Source: Felis catus
Taxonomy: Eukaryota
NCBI RefSeq assembly: GCF_018350175.1
Contig: NC_058368.1
Location: 9,176,001 to 9,240,000, forward strand
Direction of reading: 5' to 3'
DNA length: 64,000 bases
Shown here: piece by piece, positions 24,116-38,016 of the stretch
How positions within the stretch are numbered: the stretch's first letter is position 1
Layout of the letters: the number at the start of each line of letters is the position of its first letter
Notes under the pieces: model-generated
The model's database searches: none
Told to the model about the DNA's origin: nothing
What the model saw: the letters and a program-made list of their open reading frames with translations, nothing else
Made by a program: the position numbers and the translations under genes

Positions 24116-24352
24116 GAGGCTCCTGGGTGGCTCACTCGGATGAACATCCAACCCTTGGTTTTGGCTCAGGTCATGATCCCAGGATCATGGGATTGAGCCC
24201 CGCATTGGGTTCTATGTTGACTGTGGAAGCTGCTTAGGATCCTCTCTCTTTCTCTCTGTCTCTGACTGTCTGTCTCTCTCTCTCTCTCCTCCCTCTATCT
24301 CTCTCCCCTGCTCATGCTGTCTCTCTCAAATAAAATTAATCTTTACAAAAAA
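24116..24352 (+). mobile_element. Can-SINE (older)
   Basis: Diverged head/body/tail. Confidence 0.85.
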
Positions 24353-24606
24353 GAATGCTACCAATGAACGAGAATACCAATGTTAGCACCCTACCTCCAG
24401 CCATCATATGTACCTACAGCTGTATCTACACGTTTATGATACATACGTATTCTGTTGACACAGCATCAGTGTTCGGTGGTAAGAGAGAGGGGTGTGAGCC
24501 CCTCTTAGATCATCTCATCCATTCCTCCCCACTCCAACGAAAGATACACTCCAAGTAAAAACAAGTGTGTGCTTTGCAAGCTCAGCTTCATACTCACACC
24601 CACATC

Positions 24607-24608
<2 letters not shown>

Positions 24609-24657
<49 letters not shown>
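24609..24657. repeat. (CA)n microsatellite
   Basis: Direct. Confidence 0.95.
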
Positions 24658-24658
<1 letters not shown>

Positions 24659-25623
24659 ATATAGAAAAACCTCTTCTATTTAGACTTTTGGGAGCTGTCC
24701 CTGCCCGTGTATGCTCATTTATTATACTAAGAAAAAAAAATACCCTGTGCTTTGTGGTTGACCTGCCAGTTCCCCCAGAGGGCCACTCATCTGGGAGCTT
24801 GCTTTTGGACTGTAGACTCACTGTCTCCGCCCTGAAGGGTCATTTTAGGACAAATATCAATTTGCTAAAATTCCGAAGTTATTTCCAGATTTACAAAAAG
24901 TTACTGACGTAATACAGTCTCTGGGCTACCACCTCAGGGACGGAGGAGGGAGCACCAAGTTTTGCTACAGCTTGGCAGCTCTGCTATTTATCACATAGAC
25001 CGCATCCACCTATGGGTCCATGGGTGCCATGGGTCTCCGCCTACTCCAGCTACCAACTCCTGAATGGCTAGAGCTGACTTTTACTCATCTTTGTATCCCT
25101 AGAGCCTACCAGTGAATAAACAGCATCCCCCAAAACTTGTCCATGAAGGCATTGAAGAGTTGAACTTCTAAAATGCCTTTCCTACTTCTGTGATTTCTGT
25201 AAAGCCAGGGATTACCCTCGTATTATCTTCGGGCCTAGAGGCGTGTCTCATTCACACAGAAATGATATACAAGGCTTCGCTCAATGGCTCTCCCGCGACT
25301 AAGAGAATATGCCAACAGAAAAGAAGACAATTTCTGTGTGAAGGCTGGGTCCTTTTTTGAAAAACAAACGTTGCATCTTTTAGCAGTAGCCTGTTTTTAG
25401 CTGGTTTTTTTGTTGTTGTTGTTGTTGTTTTTTGGAATTGTCTAAGACTTCGTAAGCCGCCAGAATGGTAGTTCTTGTGTTTTGCTCCCTACAGATGTCC
25501 CACAATGCCTTTCTTCCTGACCTGACCCTACTGTTGCTCACACTATTGAAGCATCCGATGCTAAAGCTGGAAGGGACCTAGAGATAGTATCATCTCCATC
25601 TTTTCTAACAAATGAAGAAATAT

Positions 25624-25843
25624 GGGGTGCCTGGGTGGCTCAGTTGGCCGAGCGTCTGACTTCGGCTCAGATCATGATCTCACAGTTGATGAGTTGGAGC
25701 CCACGTCGGGCTCTGTGCTGCCAGCTTAGAGCCTGGAGCCTGCTTCAGATTCTGTCTCTGTCTCTCTCTCTCTCTCTCTCTGCCCCTCCCCTCTGTCTCA
25801 AAAATAAAATAAACCTTAAAAAAATTTAAAACAAAAACAAAAA
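25624..25843 (+). mobile_element. Can-SINE
   Basis: TSD aacaaatgaagaaata. Confidence 0.92.
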
Positions 25844-26199
25844 CAAATGAAGAAATAGACCCATCTTGAGAAGCAGCCACATTTTGTCTGTAATTTTCAA
25901 ATGTGCATAAGAATGAGTTTCCTCTAAATATACTTACTACTTAGGGAGTGAGATTTAAAAAAAAAAAAAAAAGAATGCGTTTCCTCTAATATGTTCCAAG
26001 AAACAAAGAGGCAAAATGGTTCCTAGTGACATTATGCAATTGTTGAATTATTTTATAGTTTTGTGTTAGGTCATGACAAATACGACAAATAAATATAAGA
26101 TATAGTATCAAATTGATATTATTATATACAACATTATTCTTGGTTTTCATTGTCATAGGAATCAGCCGACCATAATAGGGTTATTCAATGAAAAACAAA

Positions 26200-26433
26200 T
26201 TTTTTTTTTAATTTTTTTCAACGTTTTTTATTTATTTTTGGGACAGAGAGAGACAGAGCATGAGAGAGAGAGGGAGACACAGAATCAGAAACAGGCTCCA
26301 GGCTCCGAGCCATCAGCCCAGAGCCTGACGCGGGGCTCGAACTCACGGGACGCGGGGCTCGAACTCACGGACCGCGAGATCGTGACCTGGCTGAAGTCGG
26401 ACGCTTAACCGACTGCGCCACCCAGGCGCCCCT
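26200..26433 (-). mobile_element. Young Can-SINE with internal duplication and deletion
   Basis: TSD tgaaaaacaaa; gacgcggggctcgaactcacg repeated. Confidence 0.92.
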
Positions 26434-28214
26434 GAAAAACAAAATTTTTAATGCCAAAAGTAATAAAACCTTAGACAATTTTTAAAAATTCCTAAATCAG
26501 CATTGTATCCCCATCACTGTAGTCAAGAGAACTGTTCTGATCACTAATCTTGTGACACGAACTATAAATTCTATTTCGTTTGTGTCCCAACAATCTCTAC
26601 CGTAGTCATTTTTTGACACTAGTTTTTTGATCGATTGAGCCATAATTATCCCACACTGTCCACATTGTTTTTCTAGTCCCCAAAGGAGATAGTGGCATAA
26701 TCAACAAACATGTTGCATACTATATTAATGTTTAAAAGAGCAGAATAAAGAATCAAAGAGATTTCTCCAAAGCCTTATGCTTGTTCTTGAAAGCTTCCAA
26801 TGTATTAACATCGACAGGGAGGTCACTACAGCTGGAGAACCACTGGACACAGAGAGTGGCCTCTGTCACTGCTGATTCAGTCGTTCAGTCCTTTTACTGG
26901 GCGACTGCCCCCATGGCTGACTTTTGTGACCGTGTTTCTCAAACTGAGTAATCCAGCCAGCATAGCGTCGCCCAGCATGCCCCTTAGAGCCTTCACATGG
27001 CGGCCAAGACCGAACTGTCCCATAGGGGCAGCAACAATCAAAGGACCGATACCCTGTTTAACCGGGGGTCTGGTCCCAGGCGCCAGAAGCCTACGTATCA
27101 GATTCCTGCATCATCTCTTTCAAGGGGGGATTCAGTGGTCATTTTATCGTAAGGACAACTTTGATTAACGCCACAGATAAAGGAGAAGACCTGAAATGAA
27201 CTGAAATCAACAGATTATAGTGAGAGAGGGGGAGGGGATGATAACATACTGGTTATGAGTGTGAGCCTTGAATTTAAATGTTGGTTCTGCCATTTACTAG
27301 GTATGTGAACTTGGGTGAGTTACTTACTTGATTTTCCCACCAATTATAAAAAAAAAGGGGGGATCATAAAAATAGAAAAGCGCATACGTTTAGACTATTA
27401 TATTAAAATATAGATTTAAAGTAGAATTCTTTCTAGAACATAATAAGCTTTCAATAATAAGCTACTATTATAATTACAATGAAATTGGAGAGGCGCTTCA
27501 AGCATTAGTGGTGTAGATTTGTCTCATTCTACTATTCTGTGCTAACATTTTCATAGTAACACGACTAAATCACCTTCTCTTAGGGCATGTATTTTCATCG
27601 ATTTGTTCAGGCTCAGCTCGGATCTCCCACACTGTGTGCCTTTTGTTATAGAGAACCGTGGAAACACCTAAGTGAAAAGGTTGGCTTCATGGCTAACAAA
27701 CTAAAAAGCTAATTGAACATGAAATTTGAACGCTAAACTGTGACCCCATGGCCACTGGTTTCACAGAGAAAAGGGGTCAGGCAAGAGATCTCACAAACTT
27801 GTATCCAGCCCCTGACCCATTAGCATCCACACTTCCTCTGACCTCATGGCTCTCTTCTTCAGGGGAAGCCCTGTGGCCCTCCTTCCAAGACAACCCTCTA
27901 CCTGCCCAGGAGCTCTCCCCTCTATCTCCAGAACCTCGTTCCAACAAACAGCCCTTCTCTCTTACATCTTCCGTTTCTCCCCCTCCCAAGATTCTTCTAC
28001 TTAGAACGACCATATAATATGTTGTCCTCACCAGGAAAAGCTGGAGGAAAGGGGACACTGTTGACAATTTTACAGGGAGGCTGGGACCATCCCAGGCAAC
28101 CTCTTCTTTACCATTATAATATGCTTATATATCTCTCATCTTAAAAAAAAGGGGGGGGTCTCTTTCTTTTCTTACTACTCTTTCTAACTCCTGACTTACG
28201 TGGTTCCTCTCTCT

Positions 28215-28418
28215 TTTTTTTCTTTCAAGCTTATTTATTTATTTTGAGAGAGAGAGCCTGGGAGGGGCAGAGAGAGAGGTGGAGAGAGAATCCCAGTCGG
28301 GCTCTGCACCATCACCGTGGAGCCCGATGCGGGGCCCAAACCCACAAACCGTGAGGTCGTGATCTGGGCCCAAACCAAGAGTTAGAAGCGTAACTGACTG
28401 AGCCACCTAGGCGCCCCC
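28215..28418 (-). mobile_element. Can-SINE
   Basis: Reverse head and T tail. Confidence 0.88.
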
Positions 28419-28779
28419 CTCCCTCGTGTCTCCTTTAACATCAGTTTCTTTAAAGTGTATAAGAGGGTGTCCCGGGTACTCCATCTAACCCTCACGCCGG
28501 GCTGCTGCTTGGAGCTGTGCAGGCTGCACCCCTGTCAAACGCGGGAGGAGTGACCCTGCTCATAACAGAGGCGACGCACATTTTTCAAGACCATACGTGG
28601 CAGCCGTATCCGCTTCAATGTGACATTCATGCTTTTTGCTTTCCTCACACTTCACCCGGACTCTCGAGCTAAGATTTTGAGCTACCAAATGCCACGGACA
28701 TGTTTCGGGCCTGGTCATCCTTGACCAGTTCTCTGAGCCCTTGACGTAACTGACCGCTCCCTTGCCCTTGGATGGATCT

Positions 28780-29000
28780 GCTGTCAGACCTTCTGGGACT
28801 GGATTCCAACTCTACCACTCACAGCACTGTGAACAAGTTTACTTAATCGGTGTCAAATGTGCGCGTCTCGACTGTAAAATACGGTTAATAATAGTATCTC
28901 CTTCAGAGGGTTGCTTCGGGGGCCAAATGAAATAGTTTATGAAGCACTTAGCACAATGTCCGGTAGATAAAAGGCACTCTAGAAAAGTTCACTGTCATTA
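28780..29000 (+). mobile_element. MIR
   Basis: ctgtaaaatacggttaataatagtatct...gaagcacttagcacaatgtccgg core/tail. Confidence 0.6.
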
Positions 29001-32000
29001 TCTTTTAAAAAATGACACACAGTTTGCTACACTCTCCCCCTTTGCAGGTTTTCCAACTACTATCTTGCTCCTTTTCCATCTTCTTCCCTAATCTGTGTGC
29101 GATATCTGATCCTTAAATGTTGGTTTTGGCCTCTGCTTCCTTACCTGGGTGTACTTCTTAGCTAAAAGGATGACTGCAAACATTCAGTAAGGCATTAGAT
29201 GCAAAAGAATTGTAGGACCTTTAAACCCCTCTATAAATATGAGGGGATCCTATCAAAGGTTAGTAGCTTACCTGCTTCCTTCTATGGTGCTTTGCACTCC
29301 TAGCTGCTCATTAAAGTTCTCTGGTTGGGGTGGGGAGCTTAAGAAAATACCAATGGCTCTTCTTCCCCCGATCTTCCCCTCCTCCCCTTCTGCACACGCT
29401 CTACTCTAGGTGTTTGAAACCTTCACTAAAGCTGATGGTGTCCAATTTTGTATCTCAAGCATAGACTGCTCTCCTGGGCTCCAGATCCAGGCATCCCAAC
29501 TGCCCATTAGACCTTGCTACTAGGATGCCCCATGGAAACCCCTGAGCAAAGGATCACTGGCTTCTCCACCAAACTTCCTTCTCCTCCTATGTTGGATCTC
29601 CTTCTCCCCATGGTTCATCCTTGATTTTCTCCATCTTTCACCTCCAACATCCGACGCCTACTGATTCTGCCTTCTTAGTATTTCTTGAATCTGTCGCCCC
29701 ATCTCCATACCCATTCCCATAACCTTGGTCCATTTCTTACTGGGACCAACTGCCCCCCAGATTGCCCCCCTGCATCCAGGCTCATACCCTCTAAGGAAGT
29801 CTGAATGTCAGAGGTTCCAAACAGCAACGCAGCATAGAGTTCTCATTGATCTGTGGGAAAATGTTGAAAATAATGTGGTACATTTTTCCATAAAGTGATA
29901 TTGTCCACTTTGAACATGAGCCCTTTGTTTATAGATAATGTTCTCCCTACTTACTTTTGGCATTAAAACAACTTCTTTTGAAATGGTTTACAGTAGGTCA
30001 TCGCTGTCATGTATTTTTTAATAAGTTTGTTTGCCTATGTTGGTCTCCAGATATTCTTAAAATGTTTTGTCAAATCAGCTACTTGAAAACAGGCTGTTTA
30101 TTGTGCGGCGACTACACTTCAATGAAGTTGGAAACAAAGAAACAAACGAACTGTTTTTTCAGGTCATGCTTTCTGGAAGCTTATCACATCTGTTCCGCAC
30201 TGATTCCAGAGGGCTCTTTCTAAAATGCACAAACAATTTTGTTGTCCCCAGTACTCATCACCCAAGCATAGAGCGATTGCACACTTTCACACGCCTAGCA
30301 CAGGGCAAGGTGACTTTGCAGGCATTCGCCTTCACAACAAGTGTGCAAAGTGGGTTTTGTTCTTATTCCACGTTACAAATGGCACAGACAGCGGGTCACA
30401 CGACTTGTAAGCGGTACAACTGGGGTTTGGACGCAGGTTGGACTCACTGAAAAGCCACTGGTCAGTCTTCACCACGATATTTTTTGCTTCTTGGCTTAAA
30501 AATCTTCCGATCACATCTCCAAACCCCTACTTTGTCTCCCTGGGTATTTTGCCTCTGCTTTCTTGATTTTCCTCTTTCTCTCCCCGCGTTCACTTTTTCC
30601 CTGTCTGCACCCTTCAAGGCCTGCTTCTGTTGCACAGAAAAGTGGCAAATCTGAGAGTTTGTTCATTCAGGAGTCCGCATCCCTGTGTGAGCTGTCTCTT
30701 CTGCCTGGCGTATCTTTCCCCTATCATCACCGGGCTAACTCCTACCCATCCTCTGAAACTCAGTTGCCTTCCCGGAAGGAGTCCCTGACATTTCCCCAAC
30801 CTCAATCATAGTGTCAGTCTCAGAAGGAGCAAAGGGAATACACTGAGGACCCCCTTGTCTGAGTGGCATCCCTTGAACGATACTGCCTTTGTAGGTATGT
30901 ACTTGGCTTTTGCCTTCATTTACCTATGAGTGCCAGGTACCCAGAGAGTACATGGTCAGGATGGAAAAGGGCCAGCTCTTACGCATCTCATATTTTAGTC
31001 GAGGACACAGCTAATATACCCAACAAGTAAAACACGTGAGCATACAAGATAATTTTAGGTAGTCGTAAATGTTTAAAGAAAATAAAAGCAAAATGAGGTG
31101 ATGCAATGAAGAGTGACGGGTGCAGGGGACCGAGGGCAGCTCTAGGACGGATGGTCAGAGGCCTTGGAGACAATGATATTTGATCTGAGAACCATATAAA
31201 AAGAAGGAGCCAGCCAAGTGCAGAAGGTTGTAGGTATTCCTCACTTAAAGGAAACATCATAAACATCTGAATTCCTGACGTTACCCGCTATGCCGTCACA
31301 ATCTGGCACATAATAGTTGCTCAATAAATGCTATGAGTTGGATTGTGAAGTCCAAGAAACTAGGAAGTCTACGTAGCTGGGCTCTGCATCTCTTAGGACT
31401 CTGCTAGCTTCACCTGTTGGGAACATCTTGCTTTACAAGATGCGTTGGGTTGTCTCGGGTAGGCAAAGACAATGGAGTCAGGGGGGAATTACTGTTTCTA
31501 ACTTGTACACAAAGCTGCCTTTGGCTCCTGGGTCTGACCAGTTCCGACAGTTTCGAAATTCTATGGGGATTTGGAGATGAATTTTGCCTTTGTGCGTAGG
31601 TTTCTCACAAAATGCTTCTCTGTATGTTTCCTGCTGTTATTTCCTTCTTCGTCCCTTTTCCATCCCTGATCTTTTACCCAAAAGTCACATGAGATCAGGA
31701 CTCCATGGAGGAGAAACACAGCCCCGTTGACCATTTGTGAGAAGCCCCAGAAGGGCACTTCATAAATCTACTTAGTGGAGTTTGTGTCTTGCCATCTTTC
31801 AACAGAACGGAAAGCGTAACCGCTCAGATTGAGCCGGAAAATAAAATAGGCATAGGTTTTAAATCACCTTCAAGGCTGAGAAAAAAAAAGATTATATCCT
31901 ACTGATAGAAACTCTAACAGGGGATTTCTCTAAAATACTAGACTTCGTAAGTACTTCGAAACGCTGCCGCACTTAGAACAAAGATGCACTTGGTGATGGC

Positions 32001-32162
32001 CACGCTGTACATGAAGGCAGTTTTCGCTTTTGAGAAGCTCCATTATTCATTATCTTTTAGCCAAGTCGTCTTTTCCCTAGATGCTAGGGAACTCAGAGCA
32101 TACTTCCCCACCAAATACTTCTATGTGCGACATTAAAAAAAAAAAAAAAAAAAAAAGCAGCT

Positions 32163-32373
32163 GGGGCGCCTGGGTGGCGCAGTCGGTTAAGCGTCCGACT
32201 TCAGCCAGGTCACGATCTCGCGGTCCGGGAGTTCGAGCCCCGCGTCAGGCTCTGGGCTGATGGCTCAGAGCCTGGAGCCTGTTTCCGATTCTGTGTCTCC
32301 CTCTCTCTCTGCCCCTCCCCCGTTCATGCTCTGTCTCAAAAATAAACGTTAAAAAAAAAAATTAAAAAAAAAA
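32163..32373 (+). mobile_element. Young Can-SINE
   Basis: Near-consensus SINEC_Fc head; directly after an A-run. Confidence 0.93.
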
Positions 32374-32953
32374 GTCAAATATAAACAGGAGAGAAAATCG
32401 AAGAAACAGAGCTCTACACCCAGACATAAAGTTTTCAGAAGAGCGAGTTAACCAGGAGCAACAAATACAGATGCCGTGCCCTGCGCAGGAGTCAGAGGAC
32501 GGCAGTCACCTGCTTTGGCGGTTCTGCTTCTCCCCTGAGGAGCCAGGGCAAGTGTCCGACCGACCCTCTCCATCTCCTCCTGGCTCTTAACACTCGGTGT
32601 TTGTAAATTATGCCTGGGCTGCTTTGTTAACGTGCCCAAGGGGATTCACACCAATTACAAAGTCATGGACGTGAATGAATTTGCGAAGTTCTTTTACTTG
32701 CGATTTTTCATACTGCGTGGGGCCTTAATCAGGTGGCAGAATAGGCCAAGAATATGGAATAACCACCCATGTGGAATCTACCCCATATCCGCCTGTCTTA
32801 AAGATACAGAAGGCAAGGACAAGAGAAGGAAAAGACAAGAGGAGAACAGAGAGAAAAAGGAACAGTGACAGAAGGGTACCTGTATGGTGCTGGCCCTCCC
32901 CAGATGACCTCCGTGTGTCAGGCATCATGTAGGGCTTTAAGAACTTTATTTTT

Positions 32954-33165
32954 GGAGTGTGTGGGTGGCTCGGTTGGTTAAGTGTCTGAGTTTGGTTTGG
33001 CCCAGGTCATGATCTCACGGTTCGAGGGGTCAAGCCCCGCGTCGGGCTCCGTGCTGGCAGCTCAGAGCCCGGATCCTGCTTCAGATTCTGTGTCTCCCTC
33101 TCTCTCTGCCCCTCCCCTGCTCGCACTTTGTCTCTGTCTCTCAAAATAAATAAACAATAAAAAAA
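32954..33165 (+). mobile_element. Can-SINE
   Basis: Body and tail clear, head diverged; adjoins a MIR fragment. Confidence 0.88.
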
Positions 33166-33350
33166 TTTTATTTTTTGTAATCTTGATGACAACCTTGTGA
33201 AGTCACATCATTGTGCCCATTTTTACAGATGAAGAAAGGAGCTCAGAAGTTAAATAACTTTTCCAAGGTCACTGGGATTCATACTTAAGTCTGTTTAATT
33301 CTGAGAAGGATAAGGAGAAGAGCGGGTAACAATTAGAAAAGGTCCCATGA

Positions 33351-33612
33351 GGGGCGCCTGGGTGGCACAGTCGGTTAAGCGTCCGACTTCAGCCAGGTCA
33401 TGATCTCGCGGTCCCGGTCCGTGAGTTCGAGCCCCGCGTCGGGCTCTGGGCTGATGGCTCGGAGCCTGGAGCCTGTTTCCGATGCTGTGTCTCCCTCTCT
33501 CTCTGCCCCTCCCCCGTTCATGCTCTGTCTCTCTCTGTCCCAAAAATAAATAAAAACGTTGAAAAAAAATTAAAAAAATTATAAAAAAAAAAAGAAAAAG
33601 AAAAAAAAAAAA
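33351..33612 (+). mobile_element. Young Can-SINE, long A tail
   Basis: Perfect TSD agaaaaggtcccatgag. Confidence 0.95.
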
Positions 33613-35508
33613 AGAAAAGGTCCCATGAGACCGTTTGCACTAACTCACTAAGGGCAGAGTGAAGCTAAAATCTTAGAACGTCAACTCCACTCTCCTTAGT
33701 TCACGCATATACGCTTTTCTTCCATAAACTCCCAAAGCAGATAAGTCCTTTTAGGGACCCAGAAATAAGTCATTGGCTTAATAAAATGCTGGACTTTGAG
33801 TTTGAGTTTACTTTCTTTTGAGGATATAGTTTATCCGTCAAATCCACTCTTGAGTGTATCTTATTCCTGGAAGGGTGTTCCTACAGATACGATTACAGGT
33901 AGCTGTGCATCGGGAAGCAGTAGAGGGGATCAAATGCACCGTTTATTTAAAACCGAATCCCAGCACTAGCATTTACTAGTACAAGATGGCCACACGCTTA
34001 CGTCCATCTGCTGACCCTGTAAAATGCTTGAAGGCCTGGACAGACCTTGTGACTCTTTGTCCTTTCTCTTGCAAGCGCTGTCTTGCCAGGACGGAAGCAA
34101 GTGGCCCAAAACTCGTCTCTTAAAGTGTTCTAGAGAAGTGCTTGTCAAATTTCAAACTCAAGTTTTCTTCCAGGCTGCACCGTGAGCGAGGCGAAAGATG
34201 ATTCTGTTGGAAGCCTGAAGCTTTAACCCGTCAACGGCTGGTTCTTTGGGGCTTATGCTGTATGGTCACTAAAGTAACAGATTAGTTTCCTCTGAATAAA
34301 ATGATCCCTTTGGAATACGCCAAATAACCATTCTAGTAACACACTCGCGTTGATGTGGTTCAGAGAGTTCTGTCGTAGGGATCTTTTTTCCCCGAAATTT
34401 AAACTCCAGTTATAGTCGAGTACGTGTATGTTCTTTTTACGTGGGCGGGTGCTATTTTGTCCTAGTTCCTGTGGCAATCAAATGTGTGAAGGCTCAAGTT
34501 TACAAATTGCTGTAGCAACGATTATTGTGAGGATAAGCATACAATTAAAATTTTTAATTATAAACCATGGGTACCTCCACTGTCAGGGGGGTGCTGTGGT
34601 TCTTGGAACAGCTGCCTGGTGACCCCCCCCCCCGGGCTTGAGTGAGTTGGTATGCCTTTGAGCTGGCTCCCAATTCACCCGTTATTTACAGCACCATGGG
34701 TGAGTTGATTTTCATTCTTGTAAAAACTTTTTGCTGCCTGCGAGATATGACAAAGCATTCAAAGAATAGGGACCTACCGTTTTTGAAATGGACCATTTTT
34801 TATGGGGCGACTCCCCATGGGTTCTGAAGCTGAGTGGATGATCTCCTTTCAGCCTTTGTTTCTAGCTCTGCTAACCTGACTGGCTGGGGTTCTGGAATTC
34901 ACTTTAACTGCCTAGACACAGGAAAACATGGTCTTGGTAGAGGGTGACATTTTTAGGCTTTGGTCAACTGACGTAATCTATCAGAGAAACTTAAAGTGGC
35001 AAAACCCAGAAGGATTGATCCCCTGGAGAAATTTCTAGCTCGGGTTTCTTCATGCCAAGGATCTGAAAAGATGGTGATGGGGAAGAGAGGAGGGAGGAAT
35101 CCTTGAGATACTTTCAACACTTTAAAAAAGTTAACAGGAATTGTAAATTTATGACTGATAAGGCTGCTCAGGGGACTCAAATGTCAGATTTCTTGGATCT
35201 GGGCTGGAACGTGATGGCATTGATTATCCCATGGGAAAAATCTATTAATAAAAACTTAACAAATGCATTTTAGGAGATAAAAAGCTTTCAGAAAATGGGG
35301 TACATTGGGGAAAGGTAATATAAAATTATGCAAAACCGCCGACTGTTCGCTGCTTTAGTACAAACGCTTAGCACTTTCCGTGAAATGACATGGTGTTAGC
35401 ATCATGGCTACAGCTGTGAACAAAAGACAAATCTCTGTTCTTGCGATATGGAAACTCTAGTATGGGGAGATAAAAGAAAACAGGTAAGCCAAAAAGCAAA
35501 TAAATAAT

Positions 35509-35939
35509 TGTTAAAGGCTGAATCGTGTTCTTCTCAAAATGCGTATGCGGAAGACCTAACCCCTGGTACCTCAGAATGTGACTGGATTTGGTGACAGGGT
35601 CTTTAAGAAAGCGGTAATTATGTTAAAATGGAGGTTTTAGCAGGGGGCCCTATTATAATATGACGGGTGACCTTGTGAGACGAGGAAACTAGGACCCACA
35701 GAAAGACAGAAGGGATGCCTGTGTGGTTGGGGTGACCATGCGAAGAAGGTAGCCATCTCCTCGCCGAGGAGATAACCGTGAATCTGTGATACATAGAAGT
35801 CAAATCATTATGCTGTATCCTTAATCTTATGCGGCGTGTGTGTGAGTTATAGCTCAATACAACTGGGGGAAAAAATTGTCTGTTGTTTAAGCCACCCAGT
35901 CTGCGGTAGTTCATTATGGCATCCCTTGAAAATGAAGCA
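35509..35939 (+). mobile_element. MLT1 (MaLR) LTR with an L1 3' end inside (~35782-35875), flanked by L2-like sequence
   Basis: cctaacccctggtacctcagaatgtgactggatttgg and tgtttaagccacccagtctgcggtagttcattatggca are MLT1 hallmarks. Confidence 0.75.
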
Positions 35940-36390
35940 ATAACTCAGTAAGTGCGGCCACGTCAGGTTGCGTTAAGTGCTATGAGTAAGATAACAGGGG
36001 AGACGGGACAGAATGATGGGAGGAAGTGAACTTGGACTGAGTGGCTGAGAAGGCCTCTCTCCCTGAGGAGAGACCACTGTGATGGCAAGAAGAAAAGCCA
36101 CAAAAAGAAGAGAGGGAAAACTGAAGTCCAGAATCTGGATTTTGGCAAAGTTGCCAAGGAAAGGTCACCACAGAGGCCTCTTGAGGGGCCAGCCAGCTGT
36201 GTTCCTTCCCCGTCGAATTCCCTGAGCAGGGCGCCCCCTCTCTGCCCACCTCACTGTGCTCTCTGGCCCACTTTGACATGGCTGCAAGGTACTGTGGTCA
36301 CTCCGCCCAGTAGAATGTTATGATTTTCCACAGTATCTCCAAATGATAATTGTATCTGAGAACACAGTTCGTAAAAAATATCTGTGATAT

Positions 36391-36544
36391 GGGGCGCCTG
36401 GGTGGCTCAGTTGGTTAAGCATCCAACTTCGGCTCAAATCACGATCTTGCAGGTTTGCAAGTTCAAGGCCTACCTTGGGGTCTCCACTGTCAGCACAGAG
36501 TCTGCTTCAGATCCCCTATCCCCGTCTCTATCTGCCCCTCCCCC

Positions 36545-36600
<56 letters not shown>

Positions 36601-37217
36601 GTCTTTCTCAAAAATAAAATAAACATTAAAAAAAAATCTGTGATCGGACGCCTGGCTCATTTGGTGGAGTGTGAGACTCTTGATCTTGGGGTTGTGAGCT
36701 TGAGCCCTATGTTGGGTGTAGCAATTACTTAAAAAAAAAATCTTGGGGCGCCTGGGTGGCGCAGTTGGTTAAGCGTCCGACTTCAGCCAGGTCACGATCT
36801 TGCGGTCCGTGAGTTCGAGCCCCGCGTCAGGCTCTGGGCTGATGGCTCAGAGCCTGGAGCCTGTTTCCGATTCTGTGTCTCCCTCTCTCTCTGCGCCTCC
36901 CCCGTTCATGCTCTGTCTCTCCCTGTCCCAAAAATAAATAAACGTTGAAAAAAAAAATTTTTTTTTAAAAATCTTAAAAAGTATATATCTGTGGGGCGCC
37001 TGAGTGGCTCAGTCGGGTGAGCATCAGACTTCGGGTCAGGTCATGATTTCACTCTGTGAGTTCGAGCCCCGCGCTGGGCTCTGTGCTGACAGCTCAGAGC
37101 CTGGAACCGGCTTCGGCTTCTGTGTCTCCCTCTCTCTGCTCCTCCCCTGCTTGCGCTCTGTCTCTCTGTCTCTCTCTGTCTCAAAAATAAATAAACATTA
37201 AAAAAATAAAATAAAAA
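36391..37217 (+). mobile_element. Cluster of four same-strand Can-SINEs (36391-36637, 36646-36740, 36745-36970, 36993-37217)
   Basis: Four tRNA-derived heads separated by recurring target sequence. Confidence 0.9.
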
Positions 37218-37804
37218 TACATATCTGTGACAAAATCCAACAAACAAAAGAGGGAGAGAGTAGAAGAACTTTTTAAGCAAAGGCATCAGGAAGTGCCACG
37301 ACCTTGAGATGGGGACAGGCGTGGTGAGTTCAAGAAACAGGGAGACAGGTGGAGCCTGAGTTTGAGACAGGCAGGGTGGGAGAGACAGCAGAGGAAGACA
37401 TCCCAAGCTCATGCAGGTTTTCGGAGACCCAGCGAAGAGCGTGGCTTGATGTTAATGCACAGGGAAACCACAGAGGACTTCAGCAGGACAGTGTCCATGC
37501 TTGGCTTAGTTTCTATATAAATTGCTCCGACTACTATGTAGAGAATGGATTATAGGGGGCACAAGAAGCAGAGATATCCATCTGGAGATTTTTTTTTTTT
37601 TTTTTTTTTTTTTTACCATAACCTGGGTAAGAAAAGATAATGATTTGAACTATCTGGGTGGGAGGGAGCAGAAGAGGACATGTGGTTGGATTCTGGATAT
37701 GTTTTCAGGTAGGGTCTATGGGACCAGCCAAATGTTCCCCGTTAGCCGCCATGGCAAGCGGTCATGTAGGGGAAAGGATTATTTAAAAAGACCGTGATAT
37801 TATC

Positions 37805-38016
37805 TTCTTTTAATTTTTTTTAAGTCGGTTTATTTATTTTGAGAGAGAGAGAGAGAGAGACAGAGCAAGCAGGGGAGGGGCAGAAAGGGAGGGAAAGAGA
37901 CGATCCCAAGCCGGCCGTACACATGAGTTGGGGCCCCAACTCATGAACCATGAGATCAAGACCCGAGCCGAAACCAAGAGGTGGACTCTTAAGAGACTCA
38001 GCCACCCAGGCGCCCC
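37805..38016 (-). mobile_element. Can-SINE
   Basis: TSD aaaagacMgtgatattat. Confidence 0.9.

Noticed and set aside
32163..32240. tRNA-like A/B boxes
   Set aside because: These are SINE heads, not tRNA genes.
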